NCBI GenBank assembly: GCA_951406725.2
Contig: OX597823.1
Coordinates: 25,730,001-25,794,000 of the forward strand
DNA: 64,000 nucleotides
Reading direction: 5' to 3'
DNA from: Octopus vulgaris
Taxonomy: Eukaryota
In this document: positions 51,531 to 64,000 of the stretch, in pieces
Layout: the number at the start of each line of letters is the position of its first letter
How positions within the stretch are numbered: position 1 is the stretch's first letter
Notes under the pieces: generated by a model
The model's database searches: none
The model's input: only the letters and a program-made list of their open reading frames with translations
What the model was told of the DNA's origin: nothing
Translations under genes and position numbers: made by a program

Positions 51531-53770
51531 AAATAAAAAACACCAGAAAGCTATTCAATAACACAGGGAAACAACAGACTCAGTTCACTGGACACCATAT
51601 GAGAAAAAAAAGTTTTGAGCACTTGGTGACAATTGGGAAACTGAAAGAAAGAAATCAGGGAAGCCAGTAGCACTTGAAAGACTGACCCAATAATGTGCTA
51701 GAAAGACTACCCCAATAATGTACTGTGTGTTAGATATAGGGGCAGGGAAGGCCAAGACTGTTAGAAGAAAGAGATTTAACCAAGTGTTTCTGGAATGGAC
51801 TTAAAAGGAATGAGTTTCGGCAATGCCTAATCAATTCTTAAAAGCATGGTTTCCACAAGTGTGAAAATATTTAACATAATGAAAAAATGATCATGAAGAT
51901 ATATAAGTATTTAAAGTGAAATAGAAATAAAACATTTGTAAAATGTAGAATTTTCATAGCTGCTGCATCACATCAGATATATGGATATAGTAATATAATA
52001 ACATAACATTGTAATAATTTAACATATAGCATAATAACAACATAATAATCACATAATAATATAACAGCATAACGTATAGTAAAAACAGAGCAACTTATTA
52101 ACAAAATTATAACAATATAAGATAATAATATAGTATAGTTGCTGTATAATTAGTACTTACAAATTAAACTCTACAGTTTATATTTAGCTCAATTTGTTTC
52201 TGTGTACTTCTGATTGAATCTTGAAAGTTAGACAGGAGAGGAATAATCAACAGATAGTACCTTACTATCTTTATTGTTAGCTCCAAGTTGTCCCTGATCT
52301 GGCAGACAGACCTATGATTCCATAAATGTCCTTAACAGTGGGAAATGATATATTTTTAAATACAGTGGGGGAGTTTGCAACAGGAATGAATGCTCTTCAA
52401 GTTCACAAATCTGAAGATATCAATGAGATAGTAATTGTTCTCTGCTTCTAGGTTTTTACTTATTAAAAACTGCTATCTCACAAATGTTCTCTTCCTAGGT
52501 ATTTTAACACTACAATTCTTGATCACTTCTTTCTGAAAGATAAACCGTAAGTCATTAATTTATTGACAGAGATAAAATTCATTGAAAATGCTATGCATAG
52601 TTAATGTATTATGTATTAGCAGTAGATGTTGATTCAGAAAATTGTGGAAAGCAAGCAACCAGGTAGACTGAATAAAACAGAACCTGTTACGTTTATTGCT
52701 TAAGTAATATTAATGGTTTTCAATTTCTCCCCAATTTTCTGAATGACACTATGCACTGAATAATATATTACCAACTATGAAAAAATTATATATGTAAATG
52801 TATTTTACCTGACACAGCTGGTCATTTATTTAAGATGGCAACTTTCATTGTAAATACCAGTTAGTTTTGTTTAATCAACTGTAAAATAATTATTAGAAGA
52901 ACCAGTAATATATCAATATTTAGATTTACCATAGATAATGACAGTCCACTCTGGGCCTTCAATTTCTACTTGATAAAGGAGCAAAGAATACATTACAAAA
53001 CATTATCACCAACTGTAAAAAAAGGCACAAAAATAGATTACCTATACAGTGGTAACTGATCATGCAAAGGGCAATATTCACCAACCCACATAATTTCTTC
53101 TACAAAGTGTGCAATTATTCCTAAACATGCAAACACACTGTGATACCTATTTCAACACCCCTGAATAATACAACATACCTATGGCCATAACTACAACATC
53201 ATCTTATAAATACCATCTCCCCTTGCTCAGTCCAAGTAAAAATAAATATGCACAAACATCTCAGAGGTAATTAGACACCACATGTTATAACATTTTAACA
53301 GTGTGGATATTACTCATAAGTACAATCCCCAAACTGGTTATATAATTTTTAAAAAACTGCACAAATCATGTCTACCAAATATTTGATTAATTATTTAAAA
53401 GCATCAAATGACACTAGTTTGCTTTAAAAAATAATTCTTTCAAACATGATAGTGTCTATTTACTTTAGAAATGTCTATGTATATACAAAACTATGAGAAA
53501 GTAACACATAAATCGATTTACAATTTACCAACTAAAAATATTGACCACCTCACATCAGAATTTAAACACTATTTACTATTGTAGCAATAACCATTTTAGC
53601 CATTTTGAAATGTGGCGCGAATTGGCAATATGACGTAATGTCGTATTGCCGAAGAGTTATCATTTTCGTTTTTTTCCATTGGTTAATATAACTGCTCATA
53701 TAAAGATTCTAGAAGTTTCGAAAAGAATATCTGTCATGGATTTCGATTCTTTTTAGTCAAGTTGAGCAGT

Positions 53771-53805
53771 TATAAAAACCCTGGATTTTGGAAGATAGTT
53801 CAGTG
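53771..53805 (+). promoter_or_regulatory. Putative core promoter (TATA + Inr) inside the TIR element
   Basis: TATAAAA at 53771 and TCAGT at 53800, canonical ~30-nt spacing. Confidence 0.5.
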
Positions 53806-54674
53806 TTCATTGGTAGTCACTCAACTCCACGTCACTCACTCTTTTGGAGACATCGGTAATTTTTATGCCATGTCCAAGTTAATCACAAATCTATTTTGAT
53901 TTGTTGGTTAATGTATTAGATAGAAAGAAGAAATTAGCTAAGGAATTAATAGTCGTTTTTCTCCGCGATAAAGTTATCTTTCTTACTGTAAAAAAATATA
54001 AAATGTTATATTATATAATAAAAATAATTAAAAGGAAATGTTTCTCTTCATGTTTGTTTTTCAACTGAGCATAGATAAATATGCATTTCTGTAATCTTTG
54101 ATTTATGTTTTTTATAGCGGTTTAAAGGACACGATTAAAATATTCAACATACATTGTCGTTGATGTAGCGTTCCATGCATATATGTCTCTATGATGTTAT
54201 AACTGTAGTTAGGGTTTTAGATATAATGATAACACTTGAGTATAAGTGACGTTGAATCATTATATTCTCCCTTACGCAGAGAGAAGACAGAATAAATAAT
54301 ATAACCTAAGAGAAAGCTTAAGGTAGAATAACCGAAAACCTCCGTAGGAAAAGTGGTGACCCCGACTAAAACAGCCTATAGGAAAACCTATAGAAAAAAA
54401 AAATTTTTTTAATAAAAAAAAAAAATTATAAACACCGACAGACTGGTGGAAAATTTAATAATATAATAAACATTAATTACAGAATTATTGCATAAATACT
54501 TTATTAACAAATAGTTAAAAGTAAGTTGAAACAAAAAAGAATGCTGAAGAAGAAACTTTAGAAGGAAAATTTTAGCTGCACTTTCTAGCAATATAAAAAT
54601 ATTTTGAGCTGTTAAAAGCTTAGTAACATAATGAGAAAAAAAAATTTTCCTTTGAGAAAATATTTATACATATA

Positions 54675-55034
54675 ATGGAGCAGAATTTAAAAGAATTTGA
54701 GATGTCATATTTCGATAGAAATTACACACAAGCTTCTGTGAATGTATTGCCTAGTCCTCCGTGGACAGGAGATACCGTCATTTGGTTGGCACAACTGGAG
54801 GTAAGCTTTAAAGCTAACAAAATTACAAATGAAGAACAAAAATACAATATAATGCTTAGCAATTTACCTCCACCTCTAAGTAAAGAAATTAGAGATTTGC
54901 TACTAAACCCTATCGAACCAGTTTTGTATTCTTCCATTAAAAGGGAAATATTGAAACGAACATCAAATTCAAAACAAAAAGAATCGAAATCCATGACAGA
55001 TATTCTTTTCGAAACTTCTAGAATCTTCATATGA
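54675..55034 (+). pseudogene. Truncated Gypsy gag N-terminal domain (DUF7041-like)
   Basis: LPSPPWTGDTVIWLAQLEVSFKANKITNEEQKY..LSNLP...IRDLLLNP....YSSIKREILKR fits the Gypsy gag 'PPFW..DP..WF.Q.E..F...IT' pattern; PBS-like TGGTGACCCCGAC at 54354; the last ~19 codons come from the right TIR. Confidence 0.75.
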
Positions 55035-57006
55035 GCAGTTATATTAACCAATGGAAAAAACGAAAATGATAACTCTTCGGCAATACGACATTACGTCATA
55101 TTGCCAATTCGCGCCACATTTCAAAATGGCTAAAATGGTTATTGCTACACTATAAGTCTTGAAAACTTACAGTTTATTTTAACTTAAACTCTTTATAACA
55201 AAAAGGATTTGAACCTTTTCTTTTAAGATCTGTGTATGTACAGATATTTGTGTACATACAGTGAGAAAACTGCAGTAATACCCAGAATCTTCCACCTCCA
55301 TGTCACCTTTTGTATGGGTGGAATTTTGTCTTGTCTGTGGTTTGCAACAAGTTGTTCTATAAGAATTTCCAGTTTTCCTCTATGTCTCCATCTCATCCTC
55401 AATTTTTGTGAAATTTTCAAATTTGTGTTTCTCTGAATTCTTGCCTATTCAACAGTTCTTCAGGTTTCTATAACTTTCTTCTCCAACTTGTCTTGTGTCT
55501 CTGAGTTGACACAGCTCTTACTCTGAAGTCACTAGTTACTAAGCCATCTCCAGAGAAAAACTTAGCATTTACAACTATCAGCCTCTTTCATTTCCCCAAG
55601 AGTATGAAATCTTGTGTGTTCGCCTGATTGTAGAAAATCAAATGATTTTGGTTGGTTTGTAGAAGTAAGTTGCAAATTATCAAGACATTAAAGCTGGGCA
55701 GATGGATCTATAATACACAAATGGGGAATGTCATCCTTCTCCAAGGTAAAAACATCATGCTCAAATATACTATACCCAGCAATTTTCTCTTTTTATATTT
55801 TGTGCATGCAAGTGTGATAATGTTTATGTACAGCATTTTTCTTTCCACATTTAACTTTTAAATATATGATATTAAAAAAATTTTATGTGAAAAAGCTTCC
55901 AATTCAGCCAGTGTAATTCATGTTTTAAATTGAATGAATGAATTGAACAAAGTAGTTATAATAATGATTTTCACTATTGATACAAGTGAAACAATAACAG
56001 ACCTCCATTACCAGGCATGACTATATGGTAAAAAAGATTGCTTCATTCTCAAGTAGTTTAAGGTTCAATTCCACTGCACAGAACTTTTGGTAAATTTTAG
56101 TCTCAAATGCTTTGTGAGAGTAATTTGGTCAGTTAGACATCTCATCAAGCTCATGCATATATACATGTATCTTTGTGTATTTGTGTCCATGTGAATGTTT
56201 GTTACAGCATCAGTTGTCAGAACCAGAGTTGTATAAAAAAGAGTGTAACTCAGTGAATGATTCAACAAATCTATATCGATGTCATACCTCAGACTAAAAT
56301 AAATACCTATGTCCATGATATCGACTAAAATCCTTCAAATTGGTACCTCAGCCTTGTCACAATCTAATTACTGAAGCCAGTAAAAGAATAAAATAATATC
56401 CTGTAACTATACCAACTTAAGAGAATGATTTAAAGAGTATACACCGATATTAACTTTACTAACTCAGAAGGAATACTTTCTCCTTAGCCAATATTTCTTC
56501 CAACAAAATAGTAGGGAAATATCTGAAAAGTATCCATTCAAAAGAGACAAAAGCAACATTTGGAAAACCAACGTGTGGGAAATTGTATTTCACATAATGA
56601 CAAAACACAAAACCATTCAAGTTCAATGATAAGATTGTACAAACATGTTTGGGATGACAAACACTGATCCTAGACAAAGTAACCATACTAAAAACCTTGT
56701 ATGATGTATCAATTCAGCTTTATGACATCTTATTTAGAGGTTTACTCCTTTGCAAACCAGAAGCAAGGAATTTCTACCACATGTCTGCTCAAAAGGTAGA
56801 AAGCAGCATCTGACAACAAAACTAAGCAATACAAAAACAAAACTGAAGATATTAGTGACAATATTGCTGACTGCAGAGAATTTCTTTGAGTATCATTTCA
56901 TAAGATATGATGTGGTAGACAGCAACTTTTAGTATATATAAAAAAAACACAGTCAAACATATTGAAACAGATGGCTCAAAAGAACATTGGTGGAAGAGAA
57001 AAATAT

Positions 57007-57212
57007 TTACATTATTTATATTTGACGGATATTTGTCCTCATTTTGTTTGCTAACACGTTTTGGCTGATATACCCTCCAGCCTTCACCAGGTGTCCTGAT
57101 GAAGGCCTGAGGGTATATCAGCTGAAATGTTGTGTTAAACAAGATGAGGACAAAAATCTGTCACATGTAAATAATGTACATAACTGCTCATCTCTTAAAT
57201 ATAGAACTGTAT
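57007..57212. mobile_element. Head-to-head inverted pair of the hammerhead-bearing 3' segment (same family as 11673-12068)
   Basis: ...ccttcaccaggtgtc|ctgatgaaggcc...; both arms share ggatatttgtcctcat / cattatttac with the 11.7-kb element; both hammerheads carry substitutions. Confidence 0.8.
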
Positions 57213-58169
57213 TAGAAAAATAATATAAACAACCAAATTAAAACACAACTTACCTGGTGTTGTATATGATAATAAAATAGAAACATGCTATTGTGGAAAT
57301 CATTTCCCGACATGTGTTAATGTGCTAAAAATAAAAGACCTGCACACCAAATACACTTTCAGCATTATAACTGTTATCATTGGAGCAATGATCTGCTTGG
57401 ATTAACCTGGGTTCTTGATTAAAGAATATAGCTCCATAATTCATACCCCCTTGGTCATGTCAAATACGATAAAAATCTTCTGGACCTTAAAATTTAAAGC
57501 ATAAATGATTGTGCAAAAAACAAAACAAACATATTGTATGCATATCTTTCCTTAACAACCTTGCCACTGAACAGATGGTCAGTCAAATAATCTACCAAAC
57601 TCCAGTTAGGAAAAGAAAACAACACCTTATTAGCCGGTAGAATTACAAGAGATTTAGGAAAATACTTTATGATATTTTCTGGCTCTTGACATTCTGATTT
57701 CAAATCCTTCCAATATCAACTTTGCTTTTCATCTTTTCAAGGCTGAAAGAATAAAGAACCAATCAAGCCAATGGAATCAGCTAACCCACTCCTTTCAAAA
57801 ATGTCTAACCCTCTCCCTAAATCAGAAACCATTATTATCATTATGTTGTTTTGTTTTATACAATCTCTTCCTGAGTTTCACCAGAGACTTCAAATAATAG
57901 CAAAGTTGGACATTTTACTGTGGGTTTTAATCATGAATAGCAATGACATATTCCAAGGAAAGGAGACCAAATATTCAGAATTAAAATTCCATTAAGAGTT
58001 TGTGGTAATATTTGTGATTTTACAAGTTTCATGTATTCTGAAAGTATTGACCTTCAGATATGGGCTGTACTCATCCTCATTATCATTTTTTAACATCCAT
58101 TTCCCATTCTACCATGGGAGCAATTTTTTGTAGTTTTGACACTTTGCAATTTCCTGGTATTTAACCATA

Positions 58170-59460
58170 TTATTTGAGAATACTATCTGGTAACATACCT
58201 AAAGCTCCATTTATCACAGATACACTTGTCATTCTTAGATGCCACATTTTTGAAATCTCTATTTCAAGGTTCTTGTATTTAACTAACTTTTCAAATATTT
58301 TCACTCAGGTGTTGTAGTCTGCTAGGTTTGATGTATCTCTGAGCATACATTCTGTCAATGAGATTTTTCACCACAATAACTGTTCTATTGGCCAGAATAG
58401 CTTGATCTGTTTGAATACCAAAATCCCAGAGAATAGTGACAATGTCTACTTTCTACTATTTTGGTAAACTTATATTCCCACCAGTTCTTCTCATATGGGA
58501 GTCCAAATTGTTGGTAAATAGTCCAGTGCAAATACTGACCAAGTCTATTATGGTGATTAGTATACTCAGTTGTGGCTAACATAAGACAACCAGAGATTAG
58601 ATGATCAGTTATTTGTCTGTTCATACCCCAAAAGTGGTAGGAAGGATCAGTACTATTTTCACAAATCTTGGTTTGGTAATTTCTAGTTGACAGATCTTGA
58701 GTTGCTATGATGAAGCCCTCTTTTTCTGATTTACATTCAGATGCAGACACACTAATGAGTAATATTTATATCAATATCAGAATCACTGACCCTTGTAGAG
58801 TATTTACCATGTAGTACCTTCATTTTCCATCTATTATGCAACTCCAGAATATCATTTGATTTATATATTTCTTTGTGTCTTCTGATTTTGTGTGTATTTT
58901 CTTAGTACTTTCATGCTTGCAGGTTAGTTAAAGCATTCACTCACTAGTGTCTTTTAGATAAAGGTCTAACTCATGGTTGCTGTCTTTGACACAATTGCAG
59001 TCCACATCCTCTATCTTTTCAAGGAATATATACTTTGTCTTCATCTACCTTTGGGTGATGTGTGTAAAGCATTGCAAGAAAATTGCATATATTTGTGATA
59101 ATCTTATTGATGGACCTTTTTATATTAAAACCGCATATCACAACAGGTATAGCTAGGGTATTGGTGGCCTCAGTCCTGTTTCTTGCATAAAATTTGCTTT
59201 TTAGGCTAGCTCTAACTTTAAGATTGCATTCTTTCAGTAGTTTCTCATGCATTCATATGCACTGGATGCCACCCCACTCACAGCACATAAACATTTGTAC
59301 TTTCTTGAGGATCTAATTCCTTGATTACAATATTTTTTTTGTCTAGCTGTTTGTTGTGCATTCTTTATGCTTTATCTTAATCCTATTATTCTTTATCCTT
59401 TAGAAAATGTGGCTTTGGCACATTCATCAAGGCCAAATTCCATTTTAATATTGTTACTAA
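58170..59460 (-). mobile_element. R4/Dong-like LINE remnant
   Basis: NTLAIPVV, EGFIIATQD..TRNY, DHLISGC..LATTEY..HN..GQYLHW motifs; many disruptions. Confidence 0.8.
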
Positions 59461-59559
59461 ATTGTTGTTATTATTACCATTGTTATTGGCAGAATTGTTA
59501 GTATGCCAGAAAGAAATATATATATACAAGGTATTGAAGGCCATTCTACAAAATGCTGA

Positions 59560-59913
59560 AACTTATGAAGATGACAGAGGACTGAGACATGTGATGCATT
59601 GCTGTATTCTAGAAGACCCACCCACCACAACAGAATTGAGATTCTAAAACCAAAGTGCCACATAAAAGCACTAGTGTGAGTGCTAGTGCCACATAGATAG
59701 CACTGGTGTTGGTGCCACATAAAAAGCGTGGGTGATGGTATCACATACAAAGCAACCAGTACACTCTGTAAAGTGGTTGGCATTAGGAAGGGTATCCAAC
59801 CATAGAAACCAAGCTAAAACAGACTATGGAACCTCTAACCTTGCCAGTTCCTGTCAAGCATCCCAACCCATGCCTGTGTAAAAAACAGATAAAATGTTGA
59901 TGATGATGATGAT
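59560..59913 (+). mobile_element. RTE LINE 3' end
   Basis: gtggttggcattaggaagggtatcca...caacccatgcc and (TGA)n tail. Confidence 0.7.
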
Positions 59914-60309
59914 ATATAAACACATGAAGATGATACACACATGCATGCATGGACACACATACGTACCAACATACATACATACATACAACAAAAATATGAA
60001 TGGATAAAATCATATCTTTAATTTGTGGCTCCACCATACGATGCCAACAATCATTTCTGGTGTATCATCATATTTAGATACAGAAAATATCAGTCAAATT
60101 AATATATCCAAAATACATGTTAATACATTATCAAGGCAATCCAAAATTGGTTAAATTGAAAGCAAACTAAAAAAATATCTTTAGTAGACAAAGGCATACA
60201 AAAAGAACATTTTCCACAGTTGTATCACTTTGTACTCTTTTAACACTGAGTGCTTTACTGATATCTGCCTGGAGGTTTTAGTCCCTTTTTCTTATATATA
60301 TTCATACAT

Positions 60310-60597
60310 ACATCCGTTCATGGCCGTTGCCAGCCTCGTCTGGCCCCCGTGCCGGTGGCACGTAAGAAGCACCATCCGATCGTGGCCGTTTGCCAGCTCC
60401 GTCTGGCACCTGTGCGGGTGGCACATAAAAAGCACCCACTACACTCACGGAGTGGTTGGCGTTAGGAAGGGCATCAAGCTGTAGAAACACTGCCAGATCA
60501 GACTGGGCCTGATGCAGCCTTCTGGCTTCACAGACCCCAGTTGAACCGTCCAACCCATGCTAGCATGGAAAGCGGACGCTAAATGATGATGATGATA
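60310..60597 (+). mobile_element. RTE LINE 3' UTR
   Basis: gtggttggcgttaggaagggcatc...caacccatgctagcatgg and (TGA)n tail. Confidence 0.75.
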
Positions 60598-60598
60598 T

Positions 60599-60642
<44 letters not shown>

Positions 60643-61692
60643 GCATTCACACATAAGCAATATCTATTTTATGCACAACACATTAGAACTGAAATGATTT
60701 TGATTATTAGAAAGCCTTACAATGGGCAGTAATAAGAGTGTAAATACATTCTTTGTTTTAATCTGATGAATAGAAATGTTTATTGGCTGCTCTCAGAAAA
60801 AAATATATCTGACTTCCTTAGGCACAGAAAATTATATCAGTCAAATACCAAAATATTAGCCACTTTCTGAACCTTGATTCAAAATTCATACATTAAATTC
60901 ACATGTATAATGAATTGGAAATTATTTTACCTTTTGTATTCAATAATTTATTATCTGTAGTTTTAGTCCGGGTGTGTAGTTTTTATGTTGCCCATCTGAA
61001 TTGATCTAGTGTTAATGATTATGACTTTATGACCTAATTTCAAATTTAGATTGTTCATTCTTGATTTCTTTCATCAATTAAGGATTAGTTAATGTTTGTT
61101 CTTAAGTTGCACTATCTTTGAAAATTCATTTCATCATTGTTATCATCATCATCATCATTTAATATCTGTGTTCCATGTTGGCATGGGTTGGATGATTCAA
61201 CAGGCTCCAAGAAGCCAGGGGACAACATGTATTTTGGTTTCTTATATAGTTTCAGTAATCAGTTTTCTAGTTTTATCTGGGATGTGGGTGGATTGATTCT
61301 ATATGAAACGGTTGTATTTGCCAATTAACATATTTTTATTTAGTTTTTATGTTTCATTGAAGCACAATATGTTACAGGTACACATTTAAAAGATCAATAT
61401 AAAATATAATGTCATGAAATTAAAATTTGTTTGTATACAGATTTGAAGTTTATTCTTCAGCTGATAGAATTATTCAGTTGTTAAGGATTTTATTGTTTTT
61501 TTTTTTATTTTTTTAATGTGTGATATATTATTAGTGTTAGTTTATGAATGGATTTAATGTATGAGATGTTCAACTTTGTAATGAAACTAAACATCAACTG
61601 AATCAAATTCATTTGTTTGGGAAGGCTTACAAAAGTGATAGATCTCTCTCATTCTCAAATTAATTATAAACTAGTTAACTTGTCTATAGATC

Positions 61693-62320
61693 TGTAGTGA
61701 CGTCATATTCCAGTGTGTGTACACGCAACGTCATTCTTCAGTGTGCGTGTGCGGAACGTCACCTTTGTAGTGACGTTATGTTCCAGTGTGCGCACACGCA
61801 ACGTCATTCTTCAGTGTGCGTGTGCGGAACGTCACCTTTGTAGTGACGTCATGTTCCAGTGTGCGCACACACAACGTCATTCTTCAGTGTGCGTGTGCGG
61901 AACGTCCTTCTTCAGTGTGCGTGTGTGGGGTTGGAACCTTCTGGAAAGGCATAAGGAAGTTCCCTCATGCACATGCGCTAGAGACTGAAGAAGAAATTTC
62001 TATTCGCGTTCCTTAATAGCGTCGGGGACTTGAGACACGGCGATAGAAGAGAAAGGACGTATTTTCATACGTGTGATCAGCCTATTCTCCTGTCCCAGAC
62101 GCTTAGGATTTTAACCTGTTCTATTGCTGCTGAATTGTTGTAAGAAGCTTACAAAAGTTAGAATTCAGCCTTGCTGTGTTGAACTAGGTGGATACCAGTA
62201 TACCATCATGTTTCATTGTTGATTAAGAGAATAAAGAATTGTATATATGTTTAAACTTGCGTTTCGTTCCTGACTGGTAGTTTCTAGAAACAAAAAATGT
62301 CGGGCTAAGAGATCCTTACA
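61693..62320 (+). mobile_element. Solo LTR with 4-bp TSD and triplicated 73-bp 5' module
   Basis: TGTA...TACA ends, GATC at 61689-61692 and 62321-62324, AATAAA at ~62230; units start at 61693, 61766, 61839. Confidence 0.85.
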
Positions 62321-62454
62321 GATCCTTAACCAAATTTTCAAGAAATTATGTCATCTTTAAAAAAAATGAAGAATACATTGGATAATGTATATTATGTCTG
62401 GAAAAAAGACAAGAGGATGTGCTTAGAGTGCTTTTAACTAGATTTTGTTATTCT

Positions 62455-62700
62455 TTTTTTTAATACACACCGTTGGAGCTGCCCATTTTACTTATTCCAC
62501 TTTTTGGATGACTCCAATTTTCTCTAATCTGTCTAATTGTTCATTGATATGTTTTATTACAGCAAAAGGTTCCATTCTTTTAGGTTTGAACACTGGTACT
62601 GTGTTTTCCTTAATTTGGAAATATGTCTCTATCTTAGAACACAAACCTAATTTATCTAACAACCTCGACCCAAAATATGGTGCAAAGTCCCCTCTTGACC
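62455..62700 (-). mobile_element. Gypsy pol fragment (protease-RT linker)
   Basis: LGLCSKI...IKENTVPVFKPKR..PFA...INEQLDRLEKIGVIQKV..KWAAPTV. Confidence 0.8.
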
Positions 62701-62779
62701 CAAAATATGGTGCAAAGTCCCCTCTCGGCCCAAAATAACGTTGTGGTGGAACAATGCTGTTGACAGGGCTATTAGACAA

Positions 62780-64000
62780 AAGAAACTGGCTTGGTAGGAC
62801 TGGAAGAACGGTGGTAGCAGGGAAGTGTATCAGACTGCCAGAAGGGAAGCTAGGAGGCAGGTTTATTTAGCCAAAGGGGAAGCAGATAAGAAAAAATTTG
62901 CCAATGTTCTGCACCGTGAGGACCAAAGACTTGAGATATTTCGTGTTGCACGACAGTGTAAGAGAGAATCGTGATGTGGTAGGAGAGAAATGTGTTCGCA
63001 TGGATGATGGTTCACTTGCGCTAAATGAGGATGCAAAGAGAGAGGTTTGGAGACACCACTATGAAAGGTTGCTGAATAAAGAAAATGAATGGGAGAAAGA
63101 GATTCTGCCAAATGTTGACCTAACAGAGAGACCAGCTATCCGAGTTGACAGTACCTTGGTAGATAAGGCAATTAGAAGTATGAAGACAGGGAAAGCTCCC
63201 AGCCCATCAGGAATTACTGTAGAGATGCTCAAAATATCTGGCAGTGTTAGCTATAGCCTAGTCACCCGTATAGTTAACCAGGGGATACACGAAGGAGTCA
63301 TACCCAATGACTGGTGTAGCAGCATAATAGTCAACTGCTACAAAGGTAAAGGTGACGCTTTAGATACAAATAATTACAGAGGTATTAAGCTGTTGGATCA
63401 GGTAATGAAGGTCACTGAGAGGGTCATAGCCCAACTGATTAGGGAAAGAGTTAGCTTGGTTGAGATGCAGTTTGGTTTCATGCCAGGGAAAAGCACCACT
63501 GATGCCATATTTCTGGTAAGACAGCTGCAGGAGAAATACCTAGCCAAAGATAAGCCTCTGTACCTGGTTTTCATTGACATGGAGAAAGCCTTTGACAGGG
63601 TCCCCCAATCCCTTATCTGGTGGTCAATGAGATAACTAGGGATAGATGAATAGTTAGTGAGAGCTGTGCAAGCCATGTACAGGGATGCTGTAAGTAAGGT
63701 GATGGTTGGCAATGAGTACAGTGAAGAATTCAGAGTAGAGGTAGGGGTCCACCAAGGTTCAGTCCTCAGCCCCCCTCATATTTATTATAGTCCTCCAGGC
63801 AATAATGGAGGAATTCAAGACAGGATGCCCCTGGGAGCTCCTCTATGCTGATGACCTTGTTCTAATTGCTGAGTCACTATCAGAACTAGAGAATTTTCAA
63901 GTGTGGAAACAAGGATTAGAATTGAAGGGCCTTAGAATCAACCTAGCTAAAACCAAAGTCCTAATAAGTAGAAAGGCAGACAAACCATAAATCCCTTCAG
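62780..64000 (+). mobile_element. RTE-clade LINE reverse transcriptase region, disrupted, runs off right edge
   Basis: GKAPSPSGI, NYRGIKLL, QFGFMPGKSTTDAIF, FIDMEKAFDRV, GVHQGSVLSP, LLYADDLVL with stops/frameshifts. Confidence 0.9.

Larger units (their letters stand above)
53580..55149 (+). mobile_element. TIR-bounded element (TGT...ACA, 4-bp TSD CTAT) carrying a Gypsy PBS and gag N-terminus
   Basis: Inverted repeats 53580-53754 / 54976-55149 differ by 1 substitution and 1 indel; CTAT at 53576-53579 and 55150-55153. Confidence 0.9.

Noticed and set aside
52499-57325. Isolated exon-like AG...GT segments (52499-52546 +, ~52930-53012 -, ~57254-57325 -; also 13805-13847 +)
   Set aside because: No coherent reading frame or recognisable product; could be UTR/lncRNA exons but needs RNA data
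61693-61930. Regularly spaced repeats resembling a CRISPR array
   Set aside because: Whole 73-bp units repeat with no unique spacers; eukaryotic LTR context

Overview
AT-rich, microsatellite- and transposon-dense eukaryotic DNA. The dominant tRNA-derived SINE families look like those of Octopus (taxon is an inference from recognised repeats). One host gene can be rebuilt by hand: a divergent SLC18B1-like MFS transporter on the minus strand. It has 9 GT-AG coding exons from the ATG at 32196 down to 1765, 998 nt with consistent phases, and continues off the left edge. Almost all other ORFs are microsatellite artefacts or decayed transposons: SINEs, RTE and R4/Dong-like LINEs, a Tx1/L1-like ORF1, Penelope-like elements (PLEs), mariner, Tigger, hAT, Merlin, Mutator-like, Helitrons and Gypsy pieces. 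Three things stand out. (1) A young 1.57-kb unit (53580-55149) has ~99% identical 175-bp inverted termini (TGT...ACA) and a 4-bp TSD, yet carries a TATA/Inr promoter, a Gypsy-type primer-binding site and a Gypsy gag N-terminus, i.e. LTR-retrotransposon parts in a Ginger-like DNA-transposon architecture. (2) A tRNA-headed SINE-like element carries a minimal hammerhead ribozyme and occurs at two loci as PLE-style inverted pairs. (3) Several further, structurally distinct hammerhead motifs are present.
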